Source of the DNA: Basidiobolus meristosporus CBS 931.73
Taxonomy: Eukaryota; Fungi; Basidiobolomycota
Reading direction: 5' to 3'
Length of the DNA stretch: 64,000 nucleotides
NCBI GenBank assembly: GCA_002104905.1
Contig: MCFE01000014.1
Coordinates: 186,001 to 250,000, forward strand
Shown here: piece by piece, positions 34,886 to 46,350 of the stretch
How positions within the stretch are numbered: position 1 is the stretch's first letter
Layout: every line of letters starts with the position of its first letter
Position numbers and translations under genes: made by a program
Notes under the pieces: generated by a model
Database searches by the model: none
What the model was told of the DNA's origin: nothing
What the model saw: the letters and a program-made list of their open reading frames with translations, nothing else

Positions 34886-35844
34886 AAGGCCGATTTTTCA
34901 TCTAATAATGCTTGTTACCTACTTTGATGTTAATCATTGAATTCATAAGCTGCCAAAATCTTTACCGGTAAGCAATATTAACGTGAAAAGTATTGTACAG
35001 GTTGCAAGGTTTTTGGGGGTATTGGAAGTGATCTGGACCTGAAGATTAGTATGAGAATCACTTACTTGCTTACAAACCAGGTCTGTCGATAATTCATCAT
35101 TTAGCTACCGGCTGAATAGAAACGATATATAATTAATTTGAGGGCGAAACTGGAAAATTTTAACAACGCATATCCAATTGTAAGTGATTTTCCGACATGA
35201 AACACATGAGAATTACAATTTTTGACAAAAGTCACCGATCTTTTGGAACGATGGGTGTGCCCCCAATCATCCTACTGTAGCATACATTATATACCGTACA
35301 TTGTTTCAGTCAATATGATAAATTCGGATCAAGTCAGGATTCCAACTAAGGTTGTTGAGATGCGTGGTTAGGCTACTTGCACGCAATATCCAATGCGCAG
35401 TTTTGTGTGCATAGGGCAATAAGCCCATAGTAACCACCACATTGCTGTTCATGGTTGGAGAATGTTGAGGCCATCTGCCATTGGCGGAGAGTGGCAGCGA
35501 TCCTGATTCATCGGGTGGATCAATTGAGGGGTTTAACAACGTGCATACAACCCATGAAAACGGAGGTAGCGCTTATGAGAGAGTGGCACGTACTAGTTTG
35601 GGTACTCAACCCTTCCAGAATGACCACGAAATGCCACATCAATTGGTGCACTGACAAGCAAGCAAGCTCAAATTGATCCATGGTTGGTATAGGCCCAGAT
35701 ACTGATTAGATGTTTTTGGGGAAGGGAGCTGATGCTATTAGCTCGATTTCCCGATGTGTAGGTTACACCGGAACCTCAAATATATTCTTGGTCGGACGAC
35801 GAATCGAGCTTCTTGGCTTCTCTCTGTTGCTATCAACCTCGACC

Positions 35845-36809
35845 ATGAGTGATTTTCAAAGCTACCTGCCCCTCGCTTTGGCCATTCTTGTGGCCGTCGG
35901 CTCCACCGTCTACTTCGTTAGCTCTAAAGTGAAGAGTAGGTACCTTCCTTGGTAACTTTCATCCGGGTTGAACACTGACGCCCTCTCCCTTTGCACAGAG
36001 CCTGTTCTTGATAAACTCAAGTTCCAAAAGTTTCCCCTTGTTGAGAAGAAGATCATCTCTCACAACACAGCCATGTAAGCCTCTCCATCGCTGAGGACTG
36101 GAGTAATTGAACCAAACTAATCCCCTGTGTATTTAGCTATCGCTTCGGCCTACCCAAGGAAGATGATGTTCTTGGATTACCTATCGGCCAACACATCTCC
36201 GTCATGGCCTCCGTTGATGGCAAGGAGGTGATGAGAAGCTACACCCCCACTAGCTCTGATGATGATCGCGGTCACTTCGATCTGCTTATCAAGACCTACC
36301 CCAATGGAAACCTCTCTCGTGTGTTCTCTGACCTCAAGCTCGGAGATACATTGAATGTCCGTGGGCCCAAAGGAAACTTCACCTACACTCCAGGCCTGGT
36401 CAAATCATTCGGCATGATCGCCGGTGGAACCGGAATCACCCCTATGTACCAAATCATCAAAGCCATCCTGAAAAACCCTAAGGACAAGACCCAGATCAAC
36501 CTCATCTTCGCCAACGTCAACCAAGAGGATATTCTGCTCAAGGATGAATTGGATGCGCTTTCCAAGAAGCATGACAACTTCAACCTTCATTATGTCTTGA
36601 ACACCCCGCCTGAGGGTTGGACCGGTGGGGTTGGATTTGTCACTCAAGAGATGATTAAGGAGTGGTGCCCGGCGCCTAGCTCTGATACTAAGGTTCTGCT
36701 CTGTGGTCCTCCTCCCATGGTGAAGGCCATGAGCGGTTATTGCGTTGACCTCGGTTTTGAAAAGCCTAGAGCCATTTCAAAACTGGAAGACCAAATCTTC
36801 AAGTTCTAA
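35845..36809 (+). CDS. CBR1: NADH-cytochrome b5 reductase, 3 exons
   Basis: N-terminal membrane anchor; [14 protein letters not shown] (FAD-binding), [22 protein letters not shown]...DILLK and CGPPPM. Introns at about 35937-35998 and 36075-36136. Confidence 0.95.
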
Positions 36810-37033
36810 GTATGCACATTCTCTGAATCATGTGGTTCAAGGGGAATTCCAGTACCTTGAAAAATGAACTTTCAACTGATATCATCCCCCTCCCCACTGC
36901 GTTTATTATGCTTAATAAAGTTTCGTTTGCATTATTCTTGGGTTGTTTTGGCGTGGGATGAGCGATGTATGTAGAACCGGTCATAATCTAAGGGGGTCAT
37001 GAATGAAGGGCCATCACTTGCTTCGGGTGGGGC

Positions 37034-38032
37034 TTACATTTCTTCCAGATCGCTCAAATCATCGAAGTCTTCCTCTGGGAAGTCTCCAACGACCACCTTG
37101 TTTGGTCTAACGAATGCGCCATAGTTCGATGGACATTCGAAGTACCGCTCTCCTTCCACACTTCCATCATTCTTACCAAGTGGTTCGTCGTACTGCACCC
37201 CGACCCAAATGCCCGATTTGAATTTGGTTTCACCTAAGAGTGAGTTTAGTTCATGTTGTGGAAGAGTAGAGCAGTCGGCGTTTCTTGACGTACCTACAAA
37301 GCGGACGGTTCCTCGACGCTTCAGCTCCCCGCTCCCAATCTCCACTTCACAGCGATCCCCGACGTGGATATTGACCGCTAGCTCCTCATATTCTACGTTG
37401 GAATCGGCCTCGGAGGCAGAGCGAGAGTCAGAGAAACGGCCAAGTTTGTTGCGTTGTTTGAAGGCAAGGACAGAGTCTAAAAGGAATATATAAGGATAAA
37501 TGACATTGCGAATCTCGTAAAACTTGGCTCCGTAAAAAGCCCGAACCAGTGCATTCTATTGAACCAACCAACCTGACCGCTTCTCGTATTCTTCTTGTGG
37601 AAGCTCGTACTTTTCAACCAAGGACAAATCAGTGTATTGATTCTTGATACGATTAGGGTTGGTATCGTTCACCTAGAGAGCAAATACAAAGTTCGGGCCG
37701 GTTAAATCGAAGTGATCAGGCATAGAATTATAAGACGACCTACTTGTAATGTCATGTAATTTTCTACTGGGTAGGCACCCAACATAATCTCATCGTTACC
37801 CTCCAGGGAACCGATCAAAGCTTCTCCATTATACAAACTCAGGCGTTGGCTCTCGGCGGGAATGCCAGTGATTGGTTCAAGCTTGATCTGTTGCGAAATA
37901 AACCATCAGTGAAACCGCAAGATTGGTAAAAGGCGGTCTCTCTACCTTAAGTTGGGAGATGGTAAGAGCTTTATCGAAACGACGCTCGGAATTGGAACTC
38001 TCACTAGTAACGAATAGAATGACGACGCTCAT
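37034..38032 (-). CDS. TBCB: Tubulin-folding cofactor B (ubiquitin-like plus CAP-Gly domains; Alp11/Alf1), multi-exon
   Basis: [23 protein letters not shown] (UBL), [54 protein letters not shown] (CAP-Gly) and an acidic EEM C-terminus. Confidence 0.95.
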
Positions 38033-39805
38033 GTTGGCTACGTTGTAGAGTGTAGTACTGTGAATCAACAGAAAAGTAACTAATCAGCTCTAGTTTACCA
38101 CCTCGAATTTAGGTCTGATGATGTTACAAAATGATACGAGTCTGATTGGTCCCCTTCATCACGATATAGGCAACTGCTCGCCCCTTTTCTATGGCATTCT
38201 CTTGGTTTCGGTCGGCCATGCCCATCCACTACCAATTAACCCAAAGATCAGCGAAATCTCAGAGATCGGTCTTATATCACCAAATAGCTGTCGCTTGCAG
38301 TCAAAGTCCATGAGGAGCTACTTTGGCTCAATGTGATAGCGAGCTGTGTTAGACCTTCTTGTCTCAATGTCTGCATGGTTAATATATGGTAACGCAAACA
38401 ATGGAAACATGCAACACTAAAGCCATTATGAATTTAGTCAATTGTGTGAAGATCATCCTAGTGTATTCTGAAGTCCAACATTGGTGTTGGTTGTCAAGCC
38501 CATCCATCCTCTAGACTAGCCACCTCTCCCCTGACGGGGCCATATTCACGTGAGAAATGAAAATCTTTTGTACCTCGCATCCCCTGGGTTACAACAGCAG
38601 AGGTCTATTGTAGAATAGACAGGTCAATATAGGTTGATTCTACTCTGCATGCCATATACAATTGCCAGCACTCAATAAGGCATGAGTTCCTGGCCTATCA
38701 TGGAAGCTGAAGAACCACTGCAGGCAGCAATCGGAAAAGCTGATTTTTGTAGCCCAGGGGAATAAATCTTGAAAGGCCCAAGGTTAATTGCAATATATGA
38801 CATATTGGACTGTCCTACGAGACAAACAAACAAAAGGCAGGCCTCTATACATCGAAACCACCTGTAATGGAACAAACCCCCTGCCCCGCTATCTATACAA
38901 GCGAGAGCTGCTCAAACCTATTATCTAAGGACTAACCAATGTGCAGTATCCATATAGGTAGCCCAAACTCCTGATTGACTCTACGGGTGGCAGCTCGTCA
39001 AAATAACCCACTGTCGCATATTAATCGTACCTTTCAAAGCACACCTAGCCGCGTGTAACCTAGTCACCACGTTACCACTTCAAAATATGAGTGCGCGTGG
39101 TAAGTGCCAACCTTTGCTTAGATCATGGATGGCGCAAGCATTTTACATTGATTTCATTTAAAGGGAAATCTGGTTGGTGCGATGGTGCGAAGGAAACGGA
39201 GTCAATCACGTGACCGGACCCAATATCTCTCACATTGGGGAGTGAAGTATTCAACCGCAAACACCCAGCTTCGAGCTGGATTTTTTTCACACTTTCTCTC
39301 ATGTTCAATGCCATAAATATGATCTTTGAGTACCACCACAATCGCTGACATTGATTGGAAACTGATTCATATATATATACTGGTCAATAGTAGTGGGGAT
39401 TCTCCCCCTTTGTCCCCAATAAGAGGCGACGTCCATAATCGATGGGGTCATTCAGATAATTAAGCCGAATCCTACTCACCAGTGGTCACCATAAATCATC
39501 AATATAGTAATGGCGAGGGTAGTCTAAAATATTACATCGCAATGATCCCATCGGGAGTACTGCGGATCACCATTGGATCAAACCAAATGGCAACCATCCC
39601 GAAACTTTTTCTTGGTTTCAGCGGATATGTATGGAATTAATGCAGAAAATGGCGATGGTTGGGTAAGGGTATAGGATTCCCCTGACGGCTGCTATATAAA
39701 TGGGCCATGGATCAATATGAAATTGGTTCAAACTTTCATCTGTGAAGTTGCTTGTAAATTAGATTTTCTCCCCTCCTCTTCATTTCATTTTTCACTTCGC
39801 ACAGT

Positions 39806-40333
39806 ATGAAATTTTGTCAGACCTCTCATCGCTTTACTCATAGTTGGGAACAAGTCTCTGCTGGCTGGTGGCAAAAATACCCCAACGAGAACGCTCCTCA
39901 TGTTGTCAGTGTGGATGTTATTAACCATGAGGTTGATCCAAAAACCGGTATCATTCGTACCGAGCGTCTTGTTGCGTGCCAGCAAAACGTCCCAACATTA
40001 ATCAAGAAGATCTTCGGGGCTGACGACGTTTCATACGCTCGCGAAATCGTCGAGGTGGACCCCAAGGCCAAAACCTTCACCGTCTTCTCTCGTAACCTCA
40101 CCGGTAGCGACCTTCTCGCCATGGAGGAGACCGTGATATATACTCCCGATCCTACCGATTCCACCAAAACCCTCTTGACCCAAGAAGCACAATTCACCGC
40201 GCTCACCCGCTTCTCCAGCTACGTGGAGGATTTTTGTGTCAAGCGATTCAGAGACAACGCCGCCGTGGGTCGCGAAGGGTTCGAGTCCGTTTTGAACCGA
40301 CTCTTCGCCGGAAAGCAAGCCGCCACTCTTTAA
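39806..40333 (+). CDS. PRELI/MSF1 family mitochondrial lipid-transfer protein (Ups2-like)
   Basis: F.HSWEQVSAGWWQKYPNE.APHV.SVDV...TERL, S...E...VDP.....SRNLT, QEAQ.TA, EDFCV.RF.DNA..GREGF. Confidence 0.92.
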   Translation: MKFCQTSHRFTHSWEQVSAGWWQKYPNENAPHVVSVDVINHEVDPKTGIIRTERLVACQQNVPTLIKKIFGADDVSYAREIVEVDPKAKTFTVFSRNLTGSDLLAMEETVIYTPDPTDSTKTLLTQEAQFTALTRFSSYVEDFCVKRFRDNAAVGREGFESVLNRLFAGKQAATL

Positions 40334-41577
40334 TTGTTTATTTGAAACAGCACATTCACATCCCCAATTCATTAGACTTGCATTTATAAACCTCATCGGC
40401 ATCTTCCTTCTACACTGCATAGTTCCTCCCCCGTTTATTTTACCTTTTCCTGCCAACATCAACCTATCCGTATGGAAATGATGTAGTATAATTATCACTC
40501 GTGGGCTGCACATTCGTAATCAGACATTGAAAATAAATCAGAAATTTCACTCCTATTCATTGCTACACACCTATTCTACCCACCCGCACTTACACCCCAG
40601 GACAAAGCAGTGATCGCTGCACAGGGATAAATGTGGATAAATTAATGGATTTACTGGTTCTTTTTCACTCACAAACATTGGGGTTGGAGGGATGCATCTG
40701 CGAGGCTCCCAAGCGGGGTTTTGCCGATACCGATTCGGCTGGCATGTGAAAGTTCCACTTCGCCTCAAAGCATATCGGCATTTATGGTAAAAAACGGTGG
40801 GTGGGGAAATAGAGTAGAGCGTACCAAAAAAAAAGCCTCGTGTCGTATTTAGGCCCCTCCAATCTGAAGGAAAGTTCCATTTTTGTAGCCTCACCAATTT
40901 ACTTGATTTCATTGAGCAACGGATCCAGTGGGTTTGGGTGGGCGAATCGGATCTCACTGCTTCTCACCCTAATCAAGCCGGTGCCCTGGCCTACCTGCTT
41001 TTGGAGACGGCGGGTGATGGCAAGGGTTGCACCAATACTAGTGTGGACGAGACAGTTGGCTCTGCGTGTATCGGGAATATGTAGCTATAACCTGAACAGT
41101 GAACGTCCCCGCCTCGTATCCATATTGGACCTTGACTCTTTTTCAGTTTGCGGAAAAAAAATAAAATCTCTGCTCACATGGTAGGCTGGATGATGGAGAT
41201 GCTGCTTCCGTATGGAGGTCCTCATGGTCTCTGTGGTGGCAGCTAATATCAGATGGCAATTGCTCACTGTTCTTCTCTTGTGCTCCGCATGCTCGTTTCG
41301 GTTCGTATTACCGATGCTCATATTTGGAGGCAGTCATACATCAATAGAACCATTTCAAACTTCGCCAGTCAAAAAGCCTTCGAATTTAATGGATATGGCG
41401 AATAGATCCACCTGCACATATTTAGCCCCCCAGTATATTATCGAGAAACCGCGGGTTTATTGCCGGTAGTTCTCACTCCATCTAATGTCTAAGTTTGTCC
41501 AACAAATATACATATTCCTTAGCTCGGATCTATATACAATACTGGTGGGCCTGGCGACGCTCCAATACGACATTTTC

Positions 41578-44267
41578 CTAATTCGCCTTGACCCTGACTA
41601 AGCAGTGCTCAACGTCGACACCATTCGCGAGAAGCAGATCAATCCAAACCTTCTGAGTTTCCGATAACCTGTCACCTGGTCCTTTCACTTCGACAAATTT
41701 CATCTTTCTTTCGGAATAGTTCCATAAGCACAGGTCTGGTAATCCGGAGCTGCGTTGCTTATACTCTTGGGCCAATACTTTACACATTGCGGATAGTCCC
41801 CTCCCGCCAATACATTCCGCAATCTCGAGAAGGTCTTGTATCTCGTAACCCCAGTTGATTCCAACACACTGGGTCTTGCGAGGCCTCTCTTTTTCGTCAA
41901 CTTCCCTTATTAGATGCAGATAATCCCCCGCAAGGATTTTCGTTAGTCTAGTTTCGATCTCCTGCTGCCGACCTACATAGAATGCGTCAGAGTGTAAGTC
42001 CAAAGGCTCGGTCTGGTATTCGGTGTCGAAAACACCCGGCTTGGATGCAAAGAGGATGTCCCAGAAAAGCATAGAGAACAAGGTCGTGGCAATACTGCTC
42101 TCCGAGTGATACCCTAAAAAGCCCAATCCCTCGTAGTACTCGAGCGCCACTGCCTCAACAGTGCATAGGATACCATCCTGATTAACGTACAAAGCTCTGG
42201 TCTTCTCTGGGGTAACTGGGGCACGGGTTCCATATACAGTCACCTGAGTGGCTTGCTGTAGAGTGGCGTAGGAGAAGTCGTGACGCTCACTTTTTGGTAT
42301 TGCCAGTTTTTTCTCAGCCCACATTATTCTCGAGTAGATGGCGTTCGTCGAGGCGAAAGGAAGTCGATCGTCATGGATCGCTTCTAGGCAGACTTCGTGG
42401 GCTTTCTTTAGTCCCTCTCGCTTGTTCTGGGTGTAGTTAGCGTGCACCAGGGCAAGTCGTTCGTACCATAAACCTCGTTTACCTAATCGAAAGATCTTCT
42501 GGTCAAGTAGTTTTCGCAACAGGATCTTTTCTCGGTCGTGGTCCTTCAGTCCTGCCATGAGCTTCACTCCATACTCCATGATGCGAGTATACACCCAACC
42601 TAAGGAATGGTAGCGATTGTGTTAGATATAGGCTCAACTGAATACATACAGAGGGGTCACCTACCAGGTGAAAATCTTAGCAGGTAATAATCTGCGTCTG
42701 GTGGGTGCTCCAGATACTCAATTAGCTGAAGCTCCCAGGGATATATACAAGTCTCACACAATCTAAGTGCTTGCTTCCAGTCCTCTTGCTCTTTACTGTG
42801 CATGAGCTCCGAGATGGTGCGTTCCAGTCGCAGCGATTGCTCATACTCAAGGAGCTGCTTTCGTGATTTGAAAACACTGTAACTGCGGTTGACCTCATAT
42901 TGAGGGAAGTTTCGGCGACCAATTTTGGCCAAGATTGTTGACACCATCGCCTTTTCGTCGAAGGATGTTTTCCTGTAGTAAACAAGATGGATCCGAGCAA
43001 ATACCTCGGTGATGTCCGCGGGTATGCGCACCAACCCTCCTTGTGTGCAGGTGTATTAATTACCGCGCTGGCTGAGTTACCGATTTTATCGGCTTACCTG
43101 TGGCTTGTAGGATTCTTTTCAGAACAAATCCCTGTCGTTGGAGCTTTCTTTCTTTGGTATTTGAAAAGAAACCAAGCTTCAGGCTTGACTGTTGGTACGC
43201 AGACTCAATAATAGCTTGAATCAACTCGTCTCTCTGCACAACAAAGGGTTAGTTGCGAGTTCAGGCATAGAAAGCTGGACGGGAGCAGCACACCTTTTTG
43301 GAGGAGATTTTGACTGTAGACGACAGTTCTTTCCCTAAGACCCTCAGCTCGTCCAAGTTTAAGCACCTGGATGCTTCCTCGATTGATTCTAATCTACTTT
43401 CAGTCTCCAAAAGTGGTGGGTTAGTTGAGCATAGCACATTTATACTCTCCGAAATACTATCGATGCCAGAGTAGTTGATGCTGCTAACTCGTAACCACCC
43501 AGTTTTACGCATAAATATCCGAATAAATAGGTATCGGGCGGCAACTATACAAAAGAGAATTGCTAGTTGTTAGTATTCAATTGAATTCGTGTCATGGACA
43601 GACGCCGCTCATTGTTACCATCTGAATTCCGGTAGTTGCTCACTATGTGTAGTTCCTCTTGGGTGAATAATGATTGCTCGTTACTCATCACAACATCCAG
43701 AATATTGTCAAACGCCTCAGCATAATATTCTTTTCTTCCGCTGTCAGTGATTTTGATTTCTTCCGGGTTCTCCCGGCCAATCTCACCATTATCAACACCA
43801 GGTTGGACTTCGAGGTATATCCCGGGGCTAGGTTCAGGACTTGGCGGTTTATCGTTTGCGGGCTGGCTATCTACCTCTCTGGCTGTTGGGGGCTCGGGGG
43901 TATCAACTGATCTTCCAGAATTCTCAGAATCTTTCTCAATGTCTACTGTATCCTCTAGTAACTCCTGTGTATCTACCGAATCGAGCGTTTGTGTTCTCTC
44001 GACGACCTCGATATCTTCCAGTTCTATTGAGCTGATCTCCTTCGAAACAGGGCTCGACCCTTGGCTGGATTTAGACAACTTGCCAGTCAGGAAGAACTCT
44101 CGTATGTCGTAAGTAGGTGAGCTTTTGTTGGGTGTAGGAGTGCGCTTTAAGCTGGCTGGCGAGTTACGCTGGCTTTTGTTTCGGCGGGTAGGAGTGTGGG
44201 TCTTGCTCTTTTTTTCGTTATCAGGGTCTACATTGGTAAGGTCTGAGCGGAGGGTTCGTTTAGGCAT
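41578..44267 (-). CDS. FAN1: Fanconi-associated nuclease 1 (VRR-NUC), multi-exon
   Basis: C-terminal SGLPDLCLWN...FVEVKGPGDRLSETQKVW (PD-(D/E)XK VRR-NUC), TVEAVALEYY, HSESSI..TLF.MLFWDILF and WYERLAL; disordered N-terminal exon 43618-44267. Confidence 0.93.
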
Positions 44268-44587
44268 GGCTCAGTATTTCACCATAAAGCAATTGAGTAA
44301 CTGGCTATTTACAGGCGGATAGTTGACGAGTGAACGGAAAGACGAAGGTGACACAAACGGGAAGGGGGATTGGAATATTTGATCACTTCAATGAATCGCC
44401 GCAGCTATGCAAGATAGACAGTGCTTGTATAGGAAACCTGATTAAGTTCAGCATCGATGTTATCGAGATCAGCAAAATGACAAATACCTGGAGAGAACTG
44501 ATATTCCAACAGTGGCAACTTGAGGGCCTTTTGACTCAACAGTGAACATTCCTAACACCTTTGTTTTTCAGAAGCCTGAAGTTTATC

Positions 44588-45866
44588 ATGACGAGTGAAC
44601 ACGTACTTCTCTACCTCTATCTGGAAAAGCTGACCTCTATCAAGTTCTCCACCTTGAACTTGGTTCATGCTGCGGTGCAACGCACTACGAAGAGTCTCAC
44701 AGTTTTGGTTGATTGTCCAGAGATAATTGCACACCAAAGGCTTCCGGTTGTCGCTTGGGAAGAGGTTCAAAGTCTATTAGGCACCATATATGTGGACGCT
44801 ATCAAAGCTGCCAACGACTGCGGAAGACCACTGTTGGAGGTGGATGTCTTGTTTAAAGACTGGTGCGGTTATGACGTCACCTCAAGCCAGGAGATAACTT
44901 ACACGACCTGGCTTGGTTTAGCGGAACGTAGGTGGTGCTCATGAAGCAAGTTTCCTGAATTTCCTATACTGAGTCAATTCCTTCTAGACGAGCAAATCCT
45001 AGCCTCGTTCAATTCTCAGCGGGAAAAGAACGGAGACAAACCAATCCCGGTGTTCTTCATCCCCGAGGAAGAGGTATCCCCCGAGAAAACCCTACCTGAA
45101 GCCCACCACATCGGAACCACGCATACCGCAGGCTCGGATAAGCACTATCCGGTTGTTGCGGTCGGGGGTACTTTTGATCACTTGCATGCTGGCCATAAGA
45201 TTCTGTTGTCCATGAGCGTCTGGCTAGCCGAGGAACGCCTCATTTGCGGAATATCAGGCAAGTCCGGCTTCCACCCAAGCCAAGTTCACTTCTCGTTTTC
45301 CGTACGGCTCAGTCTGATATTTTTGGTTGGTGGCGCTTCTAGGTGCCGAAATGTTGGTCAAGAAGAAACACGCTCACATGATAGAGCCTCTGGAGACTCG
45401 AATGGAGAAAACATTGAAGTTCTTGAGGCGGATCAAGCCAAGTATAGCATACGAGGCATGTCTCCATTCGTTAGATATATAGATCGCTCCTATATCTAAG
45501 ATGTTTCTACGCACGTAATCCCATTCGAAACTCTAGGTGGTCCCAATTCATGATACCTGTGGCCCAACTAATAAGGATCCCAACATTCAAGCAATTGTCG
45601 TGTCTAAAGAGACACTCCCTGGAGCCTACGAAAGTATGTTTCCCCTACGCAGATCGTGTGTATATGCGCACCCATATAACCTACTTTTCGTTACAGTCAA
45701 TAGGCAGCGTAGCGAGAAAAACTTCAATGAGCTGGACATCAAGGTCATCGAGGTGATCTCCAACTCATCCAAGGCGCTAGCTGAGGAAGAGTTGAAAAGC
45801 CTGAAGATCAGCTCCACTCAGATTCGAGAGTATCTGTCACTCCACTCGGAGATCGAGAACCTCTAA
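44588..45866 (+). CDS. CAB4: Phosphopantetheine adenylyltransferase (Cab4-like, cytidylyltransferase family), multi-exon
   Basis: VAVGGTFDHLHAGHKILL (HxGH), D.CGPT..DP.IQAIVVSKET and KISSTQIR. Divergent from FAN1 across about 320 bp. Confidence 0.88.
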
Positions 45867-46350
45867 TCTTACTCTGCATCTCCAAACAGTGAAGCCCATC
45901 CATCCGTACTTGCGAACGGTGTGCTCCCAGACCAGCGTTCTTTTTACCCTAGCCTTCACATGATCGTTTCCACAATAAAGAGATGGTGAATGGACAGCAA
46001 AGATTGGCAGATTTTAAATTGAAGGTGGTGATGGCAGGTCATACGATGCACATACATTCAACGGATATACTTTATTCACTTGGAATACCCAAAACATATC
46101 AACAACCAAGAGGAAGTGTTGATTGGATTTTGCTAATGCTATAGTTTGGATGGGCTGGCCATTCTTTTGCGAGGAATACTGGAGGTGGGGCACGGGGGAG
46201 AATACTGGTCCTGTATGTTGGCGGAAGGGGGGGGGTGAAGGGTTTGGCTGGTGGGGGAGCTTCGGTATGTATCTACACATCAAAATAGAACAATAGAGTC
46301 TGGAGAGTCAAAAGGTTTGATAGGGGCGGGAGGGCGTAGCGCGAATGGTC

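Noticed and set aside
40275-40290. GGTTCGAGTCC, a tRNA T-loop-like motif
   Set aside because: It lies inside the Ups2-like CDS, with no acceptor stem, D arm or anticodon arm.
40571-41469. Cluster of 78-128 aa ORFs between the Ups2-like gene and FAN1
   Set aside because: They overlap on both strands with no recognisable domain or consistent exon structure, so they cannot be supported.
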